Below, piece by piece: positions 27,167-37,000 of a DNA stretch of 64,000 nt (its first letter is position 1; the number at the start of each line of letters is the position of its first letter). Source of the DNA: a virus; the IMG/VR virus record IMGVR_UViG_3300050343_000212. One strand, given 5' to 3'. A model generated the notes under the pieces. It had not been told where the DNA came from. It was given only the letters and a program-made list of their open reading frames with translations, and did no database searches. A program made the translations under genes and the position numbers.

Positions 27167-28948
27167 TTATGAACCAGGGTGTGCATATCTGAACATCATA
27201 ACTCCAGATCCACCATTTTGACCTAACCATTGGCCAGGTGCTGGTGTTGGATATATTCCAGTGGGCCCACCAGGTGACTTTCCGCCACCGCCTCCAGAAC
27301 CAGTGTGTTCTGCACCTCTTGTGGCAAACGTCCCTGGGGTTTGGGGATCGTAGTGGAATCCTCTACCACCACCACCATTACCACCTACGTTAGGTCCTGA
27401 AGGCCAGCCAGTCGGCGGACCTGTCATGTATCTACTACCGCCACCACCACCAGCGAGATATCCATTTGGACCTAATTCCTGTACAAAGGGAGCAGGGAAT
27501 CCAGGTATCAATGACATTCCAGGACCAGGGAATTCGGGAGTAGTTTTTCCATTTCCACCTCCTGATGGTGGAATTGGGCCCGAGAGATCGTTATTGTTAG
27601 TACCACCACCGCCACCGGCACCACCGGCTCCACCCCCACCAGAACCACTACCTGCACCATACATAGAAGATTGTCCATTCATATAAACGGGACCACCAGG
27701 ATAACCTTGTTGGTTTGGTGACGGATATGATGCACCACTACATCCTGTAATGTTTATTCTTGTATATGTATACTGATAAAGATAACTTGGATAATAAGCA
27801 GAGATACTATGACCACCACCTGATCCACCAGGTGCTCCACCGGTATTCAATTGGTTATCATTCCAGTTTGTCGTTGGGTATGGTTGACTCGTTGGAGACG
27901 GTGGTAGTGGTGCCGGTGACCAGTTTGGATTCGACGGTTGTGGCATAGACGATGGAATAGTGGTATTCCACCACTTAATCCTGATTGGAGCCTGACTGGG
28001 ATCACCCGGAGAAGGAGGTTGATTACCACGAATACTACCATGGCCACCTGCTCCACCACCATATGCAATAACTGTTCCTACTGGTGTAGGTCCAAATGTT
28101 GAATTGCCACCAGGTGATGGAATTACAGTATATACAGCTGGGCTAGGTGATTTCGATTCATTTGGTGTAGTTGGTGGAGCTCCACTTGTTCCAGTTGGCC
28201 AACTCCAACAACCAGAACCACCACCTCCGATAGAAACAGTGTAGTTTTTAGCTGGTAAATTGTTTGAATTGTAATTCTTTACATAACCACCAGCACCACC
28301 GCCACCGGCACCTGGATCATAGTAACTACAATGTGCAGAACCTCCACCACCACCACCACCGACCATTACATAAGCAAAGTCTACAGCTGAAGCTGATGGT
28401 GATTGGAATGTCGCAATACCAGAACTGGTAAAGACATTATACTTATAATATCCAGTTGGTGATGTAGGTGATACAATTACTTGTTCAAAATCACCACCTT
28501 GAATATTAAAATCTACAAATTCCGTTTGGAACTGATAATTAGTAACTGGTTCAATGAACGAACCTAATGTGTTTGCAATACCAACAGGTGGTAAGGTAAC
28601 AAAGTAAGTTTGACCAGTAGCCAAATCATCCTTTGGATTGATAATAAGAGTTTGACCAACAAAATTTGCTTCAGATGATACACCACAAGTAAATGAAGTA
28701 GTGATTGTTCCGGTTGCCGAACCCTCACGAATGCGAATGGTACCAATACCACTGAATTGCATCGTTTGGTTGAAACCAATCTGAATGTTGGTGGTAATGC
28801 CAACGTTGGTAGCAAGTTGTGCAGGGTTGAAAGATGTTGTACCTGGTTTTAGTATAAGATTATCAGCAGAAGCAACGATACCCTTATCAAAGATTACTGG
28901 TCCGTCATCATTCTGATTAGTGATGTTATCTACTCTAAGTTGAGCCAT
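27167..28948 (-). CDS. Gly/Pro-rich tip protein 1 with Ig-like (Big_5-type) domain
   Basis: MAQLRVDNI; IGFNQTM..GIGTIRI..LIINP..DL; ends GGSGVMMFRYAHPGS. Confidence 0.8.
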   Translation of the reverse strand: MAQLRVDNITNQNDDGPVIFDKGIVASADNLILKPGTTSFNPAQLATNVGITTNIQIGFNQTMQFSGIGTIRIREGSATGTITTSFTCGVSSEANFVGQTLIINPKDDLATGQTYFVTLPPVGIANTLGSFIEPVTNYQFQTEFVDFNIQGGDFEQVIVSPTSPTGYYKYNVFTSSGIATFQSPSASAVDFAYVMVGGGGGGGSAHCSYYDPGAGGGGAGGYVKNYNSNNLPAKNYTVSIGGGGSGCWSWPTGTSGAPPTTPNESKSPSPAVYTVIPSPGGNSTFGPTPVGTVIAYGGGAGGHGSIRGNQPPSPGDPSQAPIRIKWWNTTIPSSMPQPSNPNWSPAPLPPSPTSQPYPTTNWNDNQLNTGGAPGGSGGGHSISAYYPSYLYQYTYTRINITGCSGASYPSPNQQGYPGGPVYMNGQSSMYGAGSGSGGGGAGGAGGGGGTNNNDLSGPIPPSGGGNGKTTPEFPGPGMSLIPGFPAPFVQELGPNGYLAGGGGGSRYMTGPPTGWPSGPNVGGNGGGGRGFHYDPQTPGTFATRGAEHTGSGGGGGKSPGGPTGIYPTPAPGQWLGQNGGSGVMMFRYAHPGS

Positions 28949-28961
28949 TTTCTATTCCTCC

Positions 28962-29843
28962 TTATACAATAGTGAAACTATTACCAGCACCAACGGTGAC
29001 TGTTACACCCACACCACTAATGGTGATTGGACCAAACATACCATAATTATATCCGGGTTCTGTTAGTTGAATACTAGTTGTTATAGAGTTGGGATTAGAG
29101 AATACAAATCCTGTATTAACACCAACTGTGGACAGTCCAGCTCCACCACCGCCTCCTCCTTGAATACTGATATCAACTTGAGTACCAGTTACCTTGAAAG
29201 TGTTACCTGCACCGATGAAGTTTAATGTTTCGATAGCATCAGTAGTAACGACAGTTCCACCGGAACTAATACCGATACCCTTAACACCACCTGAGAATGT
29301 ACCAACACCACTAACAACCAGTGTGTCTGCAACCACATTAGATGTGTTAGCCAAACCTGTAATTGTTACATTACCAGTTGAAGAATCAACTGAAATGTTA
29401 TCACCAGCTGTAATAGTGGTTACAATACCAGTAAAATTTGATCCATTACTACCATCGGTTACAATACCAGTAAGTTGTGATCCATCACCAATAAAACTAC
29501 CTTGGATTGTGCCACCAGCTGTAATGTTTCCACCAGCAGTGAAATCACCATCAGAAGATGATATAATACTAACTATATCGAACGCTTTATAAGCTACAAG
29601 TTCTAATGAGTCCCCACTCTGTGCTGGAATTGTCAGACTAACTGTCTGTTTATCATTAGCAGTATAGTCAAGTCCATTGACTAATTTTGATCCATTCAGA
29701 AAGACATCGATAAATCCAACGTCATATCCTGAAGAGAATGTGAATGATGAAGTTGAACCTGATACCACATACGATTGACGAGCAAAACGAACAGATGTGT
29801 CTCCAGGATTTCTACCTAGATATCCTCCTCTATCACCAGCCAT
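28962..29843 (-). CDS. tail-fibre protein with C-terminal docking motif
   Basis: GYLGRNPG..IDVFLNGSKL..DYTA N-domain; ends GPITISGVGVTVTVGAGNSFTIV. Confidence 0.8.
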   Translation of the reverse strand: MAGDRGGYLGRNPGDTSVRFARQSYVVSGSTSSFTFSSGYDVGFIDVFLNGSKLVNGLDYTANDKQTVSLTIPAQSGDSLELVAYKAFDIVSIISSSDGDFTAGGNITAGGTIQGSFIGDGSQLTGIVTDGSNGSNFTGIVTTITAGDNISVDSSTGNVTITGLANTSNVVADTLVVSGVGTFSGGVKGIGISSGGTVVTTDAIETLNFIGAGNTFKVTGTQVDISIQGGGGGGAGLSTVGVNTGFVFSNPNSITTSIQLTEPGYNYGMFGPITISGVGVTVTVGAGNSFTIV

Positions 29844-30376
29844 CAGTTTACCCCCTGCAGAATGCCAAGAGTTACATCAATACCATTATTGATATCAGAA
29901 TAAACACGAAGTTCATCTGCCGCCAATAAAATTGTCTTACCAGCGTCACTAATTACGAATGAACTTCCGGTCGGAACAGGAATTTCATGAGCGATGTTTG
30001 ATCTGCTAGAACCAGAAACAACCTCAACAAATATGTTGACATTACTTTTTGTTATGTTAGCGAATGTGCCACCAATAAGAATTGATTTAGTACCACCAGG
30101 TGAAGTGTAACAGGTCGTTGGACCCAAAAAGTTAACACTTTGTGTGGTTGCGGTAGCACTATTGGTGGATGTGCTATTTACAGTAACTTGACCAACACCA
30201 ATTCCAGATACCTTAGTTCCACCTCGGAAGTTTTGGTTGTCAACCATATAACCAAGACCCACATTCAGAGTAGAAATACCTGTAATTGTGGTTGCATTAG
30301 CTGCAATAGTTCCAGCTAGGTTTGTCTCAACAATACCTGCCGATGGTGTGAGTGAATTTACAAATACTTCTGCCAT
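29843..30376 (-). CDS. fibre adaptor
   Basis: YTSPGGTKSILIGGTFAN...VPTGSSFVISDAGKTILLAADELRV; related to 16320 and 14231. Confidence 0.75.
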   Translation of the reverse strand: MAEVFVNSLTPSAGIVETNLAGTIAANATTITGISTLNVGLGYMVDNQNFRGGTKVSGIGVGQVTVNSTSTNSATATTQSVNFLGPTTCYTSPGGTKSILIGGTFANITKSNVNIFVEVVSGSSRSNIAHEIPVPTGSSFVISDAGKTILLAADELRVYSDINNGIDVTLGILQGVN

Positions 30377-30402
30377 TTTTCTTTAAGTGTTAGGAATATT
30401 TA

Positions 30403-31266
30403 TCAACTACCGAGAGCGATAGCAAGACCAATCGAAACTCCAGATTGAATGGTTGCGGTAACAATTCCAGCATGTACTGAAGATGCTACTACACCCGAAC
30501 CGCTTGAGGAGTTGATGTTTATCTGAGTAACCCCAGAACCCACAAATGTACCTTCGGCACCAAGACCAATTGTACCACCAGCGGTAGCGGTAACACCTGT
30601 CAGATTGGAACCATCACCGAAGTAAGTTACAACACCAGATGTTGATGTGACTTGACCATTTGAAACCTGTACTGTTCCAAGTGTTGAAATACCACTAATA
30701 TTGATATTTCTACCATTAGCCTCATCATAACTAATGTCACCACCAATGGTCAGATCAGAGGTAATTGTGGCTGCACCACCAACAACCAGGTTAGAGGCAA
30801 TTGAGGTTGCACCACCAATGATCACATCAGAGGTAATTGTGGCTGCACCGCCAACAACAAGATTACCCGAACTTAAATTGACATCACCAGAGAAAACAGC
30901 GTTATAACCACTGAGGTCTCCAGTAAAAACAACATTACCACCATCAACATATAGTGAAGTAAGTCCACTACCCACATTAGAAATGTGAACATTATGATGT
31001 GGTGTAGCTGTATTGAAACCTAATCTTCCTGATTGAACATCAGCAAGAAGTACGGTTCCACCACTACCAACTTTAAGTGTATCTTGGATAGTTGCAAATC
31101 CAACTACAGTTGAATTCCCAAGTGCCTTAAAATCCCCTCCAACTTCCAGGAGAGCATTAGGTTGAGTGGAACCTATACCGACTTTATTTTGGTCAGATGA
31201 AGCAAAAATTAGATCATTTGCTACTTCTATTCCATTTTTGACTACAAAATTCTTGTTTACAGCCAT
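30403..31266 (-). CDS. tail-fibre protein
   Basis: KNFVVKNGIEV, KVGIGSTQP..LEV repeats; ends GVSIGLAIALGS. Confidence 0.8.
   Translation of the reverse strand: MAVNKNFVVKNGIEVANDLIFASSDQNKVGIGSTQPNALLEVGGDFKALGNSTVVGFATIQDTLKVGSGGTVLLADVQSGRLGFNTATPHHNVHISNVGSGLTSLYVDGGNVVFTGDLSGYNAVFSGDVNLSSGNLVVGGAATITSDVIIGGATSIASNLVVGGAATITSDLTIGGDISYDEANGRNINISGISTLGTVQVSNGQVTSTSGVVTYFGDGSNLTGVTATAGGTIGLGAEGTFVGSGVTQININSSSGSGVVASSVHAGIVTATIQSGVSIGLAIALGS
30754..30858. repeat. 72-nt period coding repeat (NLVVGGAATITSD x2)
   Basis: atcagaggtaattgtggctgcacc(a/g)ccaacaac at 30754 and 30826. Confidence 0.85.
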
Positions 31267-31304
31267 TTGTCTCCGTTAGGTTTCACTATCCACCTGATAG
31301 TTAT

Positions 31305-34097
31305 TTATAAGTTTCCAATAATGGTCGCTTCTCTGATAAAGGTATTGGATGTTCCTCCACCTCTGACGAACCACACTCTCCACTGAGTAGAGTTCTGTTT
31401 CTGTATCGCTCCTGCTCGCATGTCTGGATCGGTTGAACCACCAGCAGCTGTGAGATCTGATGTAACGTCAATAGTAAGACCAGTATAGTCAGCATCCATT
31501 GTGACGAGATAATGTTTAGCACCGGTATCACCTGGTTGACCATTACCACTCTCAGACTGAGCAGATACACTAACAATATTACCAGTACTTGTAAGAGAAG
31601 TAGTTCTCTTAGGTCTAACTCTGTTATCAAAGAAGTGTACGAACTGGGAAGTTTCCGTTCTCATGGTAATTTTAGCCAGTCCAGTTGAACCACCAAGACG
31701 AGTTGATATAACCTCTACACTACCATCATTGTATCCTGATCCACCTCCACCACCCTGGCTGGATGATTGTCCACCATCACCACCTGATGCACCATTACCA
31801 CCTTGTCCACCACCAGCTATACCAGCACCAGCTGTTGAAGTGACGGTATATCCAGGTTTAAATCCCCTAATGATAGAAGAACTTGAATTAATAGTTGTCC
31901 CATCAATGTTGACATACTTAATCTCACTTGAACTATTATTACTACAAGCCGAGATAGCCTGGTTTATCCAATAAGAACCCTTGGTACAAGTAATAGTTTT
32001 ACCACCCTGGTTTTGAATTGCTAAGGTATCACCACTCTGCAAACTAACGCTAGATGGTGTTATTGAACCATATACACCATTCAGTGACAGTGATGAATAC
32101 TGACCACCGGAATTACCATTATTACCACCATCACCACCAGAACCATTTGCACCACCACCGGCACCACCTGATACTGAAGATGTAGCGTTTCCACCTTCAC
32201 CAACAACAGCGATAAGAGTTGAACCACGATACAAAAATACAGCCGAATTATTTGAGATACCAATCACGGTATACTCAATATCTTTTTCAGCTGTAAATTT
32301 GATAGTTGCAGTTCCACCTTCTCCACCATTAGAACCAGATCCCTTAGAACCAAACATGTTCATGATGATAGGGTTGTTCCTCTCTACTGAGTGGAATTGA
32401 ATGATATTATACTGTGATCCAAAAGTGTTCTGATCAAGTGTAAATTCAGGATTACTATCAAAGTCTACATCTTTTGTTGCATAGTCATTAGCGAAAGTAT
32501 AAGCTTCAAAAGTAATCAGTGGTCTTGGTGAGACCACTGTCATAGTTACAGTGTTAGTATTCTGAGGTGAATTGAACGACTGTGGGTGTGATACCTCACA
32601 ATATAGATTCTGAACAGTATTATTACCAGCTTCGGGTAGTGACCTATTATGATCAATAGCCCATCTCTCACCAGACATAGTAGAATAGTAGAGATTCATT
32701 CCATTATCTCTACACTTCTTAGTGAACTCATTTATTGATGCTCTGACATTAATCTGAACAGTTCTACCACCAATACCATAGACGATTGGTGAAAGGAAGT
32801 TAAATCCCCAACTCCTCACCAGTGTTGCCTGTCTTCCTGGTCCAAGACTATTAGTCATGTCAAAGGCAACTCTGAATGAGTTTGCACTGAGTCTCTGTGG
32901 GTAACCTGGTGAAACTGCAATAGAATTGTCACCTGCAATTAGACCACTTGCCCTAGTTGAAGTGTTGTTAACATATGCCTCAAGATCAACATCGCCTGTT
33001 GATCCTAACTGGGTGAAAGTAATATCATATCCAATACTTCCGATTGGGTGACTTTCAGTTCCACTAGGAACATTGATAAATCTATTTACTGAGATAAGAA
33101 TATTAGAACCGGTTGGATCTGATACACTTACACTCCCACTATTGTCTGTAATTGATATTGGTCCACCAAATGAATCATCAATTGCCAGAGAGACCGAAGT
33201 ACCAGCTGGAGCATTATTCAATCCAGTCAGAGTGAACCAATCACTTGTCTGGTTTGTATCACCAACGTCCAAATTTATAGCTTGTATAGGATATGCAAGA
33301 CCATCACTAGTGTATGATGAAGGCACCTTCAGAAGACTATCGGAAAATTGTGGTGGTTGTAAGAGATAGAATGGTCTTTGTGGGTAACTTGATCTAAAGG
33401 AGGACCAATCACTATCAATTGTAGATTGACTCTCAAGAGTCAACCCAAGGACACTAATACAAACTGCTGGACCACCAGTTGTTACATTTTCATCAACAGC
33501 AACTTTAACACTATCTGTGTTAGTTCCACTATATGTAAATCCAGCTACACCACCATCATTCCTGATTGAACCATCAAAATACCATTGATACTCGATACCA
33601 GTTGTTAATCCATTCTCCAGTTGAGCTTCAACTGTATATGTTACATCATCACCAGAAGCAACAGTTTGAGTTACTGGTTGAGTCAGGATCTGAATGTTTT
33701 TGATCAGTTCAATTGTACCAGTATCTGACTGAAGTGGTTCATTATTTGCCTGTGATTCACCAGTTGCTGGAATATAATCCGTCTTCAGATAGACTCTTGA
33801 GTTGTCGTTACTTAGTGGAATATTATCAAGAGTAAGTATCGAAGAATTACCAACACTTACTATTGATACAGATGGTGATGTCATTGAACTATTCAGTTCA
33901 CTATCATCCAGATACCATTTGAAATCAAATGTTCCTCCCACATTATCATTTGGATATGTGGCAGTTGTAATACCTGAAAATGTGACAACACCTGTTATAT
34001 GTTGTTTTGTGTCTGTTACTTGTTCTAGATACCCTAAACTAGGTCCATTCAACTTTAGTGTTGTAGGAACGGACCTATTAAATTTGAACCCTATCAT
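31305..34097 (-). CDS. multidomain virion protein (Ig-like, vWA-like and Gly-rich domains)
   Basis: TQPVTQTVASGDDVTYTVEA..YQWY Ig; SLAIDDS segment; GGAGGG C-domain. Confidence 0.75.
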   Translation of the reverse strand: MIGFKFNRSVPTTLKLNGPSLGYLEQVTDTKQHITGVVTFSGITTATYPNDNVGGTFDFKWYLDDSELNSSMTSPSVSIVSVGNSSILTLDNIPLSNDNSRVYLKTDYIPATGESQANNEPLQSDTGTIELIKNIQILTQPVTQTVASGDDVTYTVEAQLENGLTTGIEYQWYFDGSIRNDGGVAGFTYSGTNTDSVKVAVDENVTTGGPAVCISVLGLTLESQSTIDSDWSSFRSSYPQRPFYLLQPPQFSDSLLKVPSSYTSDGLAYPIQAINLDVGDTNQTSDWFTLTGLNNAPAGTSVSLAIDDSFGGPISITDNSGSVSVSDPTGSNILISVNRFINVPSGTESHPIGSIGYDITFTQLGSTGDVDLEAYVNNTSTRASGLIAGDNSIAVSPGYPQRLSANSFRVAFDMTNSLGPGRQATLVRSWGFNFLSPIVYGIGGRTVQINVRASINEFTKKCRDNGMNLYYSTMSGERWAIDHNRSLPEAGNNTVQNLYCEVSHPQSFNSPQNTNTVTMTVVSPRPLITFEAYTFANDYATKDVDFDSNPEFTLDQNTFGSQYNIIQFHSVERNNPIIMNMFGSKGSGSNGGEGGTATIKFTAEKDIEYTVIGISNNSAVFLYRGSTLIAVVGEGGNATSSVSGGAGGGANGSGGDGGNNGNSGGQYSSLSLNGVYGSITPSSVSLQSGDTLAIQNQGGKTITCTKGSYWINQAISACSNNSSSEIKYVNIDGTTINSSSSIIRGFKPGYTVTSTAGAGIAGGGQGGNGASGGDGGQSSSQGGGGGSGYNDGSVEVISTRLGGSTGLAKITMRTETSQFVHFFDNRVRPKRTTSLTSTGNIVSVSAQSESGNGQPGDTGAKHYLVTMDADYTGLTIDVTSDLTAAGGSTDPDMRAGAIQKQNSTQWRVWFVRGGGTSNTFIREATIIGNL

Positions 34098-37000
34098 GAG
34101 AAGTTTTGACCTCCGACTACACCATACAGTGAAGTTCCACCATCAAATGTCATGAATGAATAGATATCAACTCTACCAGCTACAGTTGTTACTATAGGTG
34201 TGATTCCACCTGGCCAGTACACTGGTATCACAGAACTACTCTCTGTCCTAAAGTTATCTATATCAACTGTATAGGGTGTTGTTGCGTCCTGTGTAATTTT
34301 GAGGGTAAATGCTGTTGTGGAATTCAAAGCCGCCCCTTTCAGTGTAAATGATGTGACATTCTCACTAGTTGTCAGAAGGAACGACTGACCTATTGATAGA
34401 TCGAGTTCTACATCATTAGCAGATGATGTGACAGTTTGTGCAATTTCATGATAGGAATTGAATCTAGCTCTACCATCAACATCTAGTGCAGATCTAGCAA
34501 CTGTAGTTCCAATACCAACACCAGTAGATGTTACCGAGAGGATTGTAGAACCGGCTCCAGATTGAATGGTCGTAGATGTAACAACACCAGCGGTAATTGT
34601 ACCGGATGTGTTATCTAAGTCAAATGGTCCAGTTGCTGTCAGTGCTCCACCAACAATAACTCCACTATCAAACCTTGATATACCATCAAATCTAGATTCA
34701 TTACCAACATATAGTGAAGTTTGTGCTGTACCGGCGGAGTGAACTTGACCATAAATGTCTCCAGTACTAACACCTAATCCGAGTTTGATGTTTACATCGT
34801 CCTTGATATAGACGAAGGCGTTTCCTCCACCCTTTTGCCAAATACTATCCTGGTTGGTAATACCAGAACCATCACCATAAATTGTGAATCCAGTACCAAT
34901 ACGAACATCACCTTCGATATTCAGTTTGAGACCATTAGCTGTGGTTCCAAGACCAACACCACCATCGCCATCAATAGTGAATAGTGATGAACCAGAACCA
35001 ACCTGGAATGTCTGATTGGGTAGAATATCTTCAGTTCCAACACCAATCTTATCAAACAACATTTCACTGCCATTTGGATTAATACTGATAGCACCGAATG
35101 GATACCAACCACTCTCAATAGAGTAATTCCATCCGATTGTTCCACCCTTGCTTGGATTTGCGTTATAAACAACATCACCAGGATTACCAGCCAATACTGG
35201 AGTTCCGAGTCCTACAGTGTACTTTCTAGATACAACTGTGTCACCCTGGAGGAACATAGAGTTAACCTCAATACCCTCATCTGAAGTGGATGTAATCTTC
35301 TCGGTGAAGACCACAGGACCATTAAATTCTGATAGGATATTATTCTGAGTACCACCCTCAACCTTAAGACCTCTGGATATAGTAGCGTCAAGTGGGTTAA
35401 TGACATCAACACCAGACTCAGCACCAATGGTAAATATGTCTTCACCAGTAATAGTAGGAACTGGAGTATCAAATACCTCTTCCTTACCAGTGTTAGAGGA
35501 AATTCTCTTGTTGCCAATATAGAAGTCACCCTGATCATTCATACCAGTGTAGACACTGACACCACCATTAGATCTGAATGACTGAGACAACAACTGTTCA
35601 GTCAGACCAGGTTGTGCCGCCTGTCTCTGTGGAAGTGACGTTGAGTAGTTACCAGGACCATATCCAAGATACTCAAACGTATGTCCAGAAGCTCTGATAA
35701 TTGATGTTCTTCTAAGTTCAACAGGTTGAATATGAATCTTTCTAATGACAGATCCTTGAACATGAGTTGAAGTTCTGGTACCAAGAATACCTCTAAAAAC
35801 CTTAATTGGATTGGAGTTAACGGTGGTTTTAACTCTCATAATCTCATTGTTAATTCTTACATAATCACCAATATTGAAGTTAAAGTTGTTCAGATTTTCA
35901 ATCTCAATCTCATCAATTGATGTATTAATGATAGGAGAAGACAATACTGTGGAGATACCAGCGTAAGAGTTGGAAGTTCTACCACCAAAATTTTCATCAT
36001 ACAGAGTAAATGTACCACCTTGAGGTGAAGTACCCACGTAGTAACCAGCAAGTGTACCGGAGGCTACTTGAGAACTCGTACTAATCCCAATATCAATATT
36101 AAATTTATTAAGGTTCGTTACCTGTGTTATCGTAAAGTTTCTATTAAAGAAATTATTGGTAGATCCACCAATTCTAATTACATTATCAGAAACCAATCCA
36201 TGATTCTGTATGGTAGTAACACTAGCAATACCAACGATTGGGTCGTAGTCGATACTATCAATGTCTAATCTAGGACCAGTGACCCTAGAACAAGAGTTGA
36301 CCGTCACATCTCCACCAATAGGAGTAGTTGAATATCCAACAATAAGATTGGCTGATGTAAGAGATACCTTATTAGCTGTAGAGATTCCACTAATTGAGTA
36401 AAATCCGTTGTAGGTCGAGAAAGCAGAATTGATACCACAGATTCTAAGTGTATCACCAACATTATTTTGAATAGCAGATACTGTAACCTGACCACCAGAG
36501 AATCCAGTAGTGGTAGCTGTACCTGTGACATTCAATACGTCACCTACATTATAGTTAGAACCACCACTGATGATCTTGACATCTGCAATTGAACCATTGT
36601 TATCAACTGTAATTCTTGATGTAGCTTCTTTACCAGGTAATGTATTTGAACTCAGAATTGCGTTATAGATATTTTCGCCTGCACCTGTACCGTTACCATA
36701 ACCGGTACCAGGTATGGATATTGATACTCTAGCAATACTATTATACCCATGTTCACGATCTAAGGTAATTTCGTGATCAGTCTCTGAAGTTGATACAATA
36801 CTGGTGACATTTTGAGCCAGGTGATAAGATTTTTCTACTCTCTCAACACCGACTTTTGTAATACTATTTTTGGGGTCATTGACTTCGACACTACCCAAAA
36901 TATTGGAGAGTGCATATGTTTGTGCTGAAGGAGCGTCACTTACTGGATTATCTCTATCAAGTTGAGGATAAAGATTGACAATAGGTGAGGAGAAGGAGAA

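Noticed and set aside
25427-28948. Diversity-generating retroelement template/variable repeat pair
   Set aside because: No reverse transcriptase in the window; differences include C/T and G/A synonymous changes and large indels, not adenine-specific substitutions.
10669-28948. Collagen-like triple-helix proteins
   Set aside because: Gly occurs in GGxGG/GGGGG runs (polyglycine-II type), not Gly-X-Y triplets.
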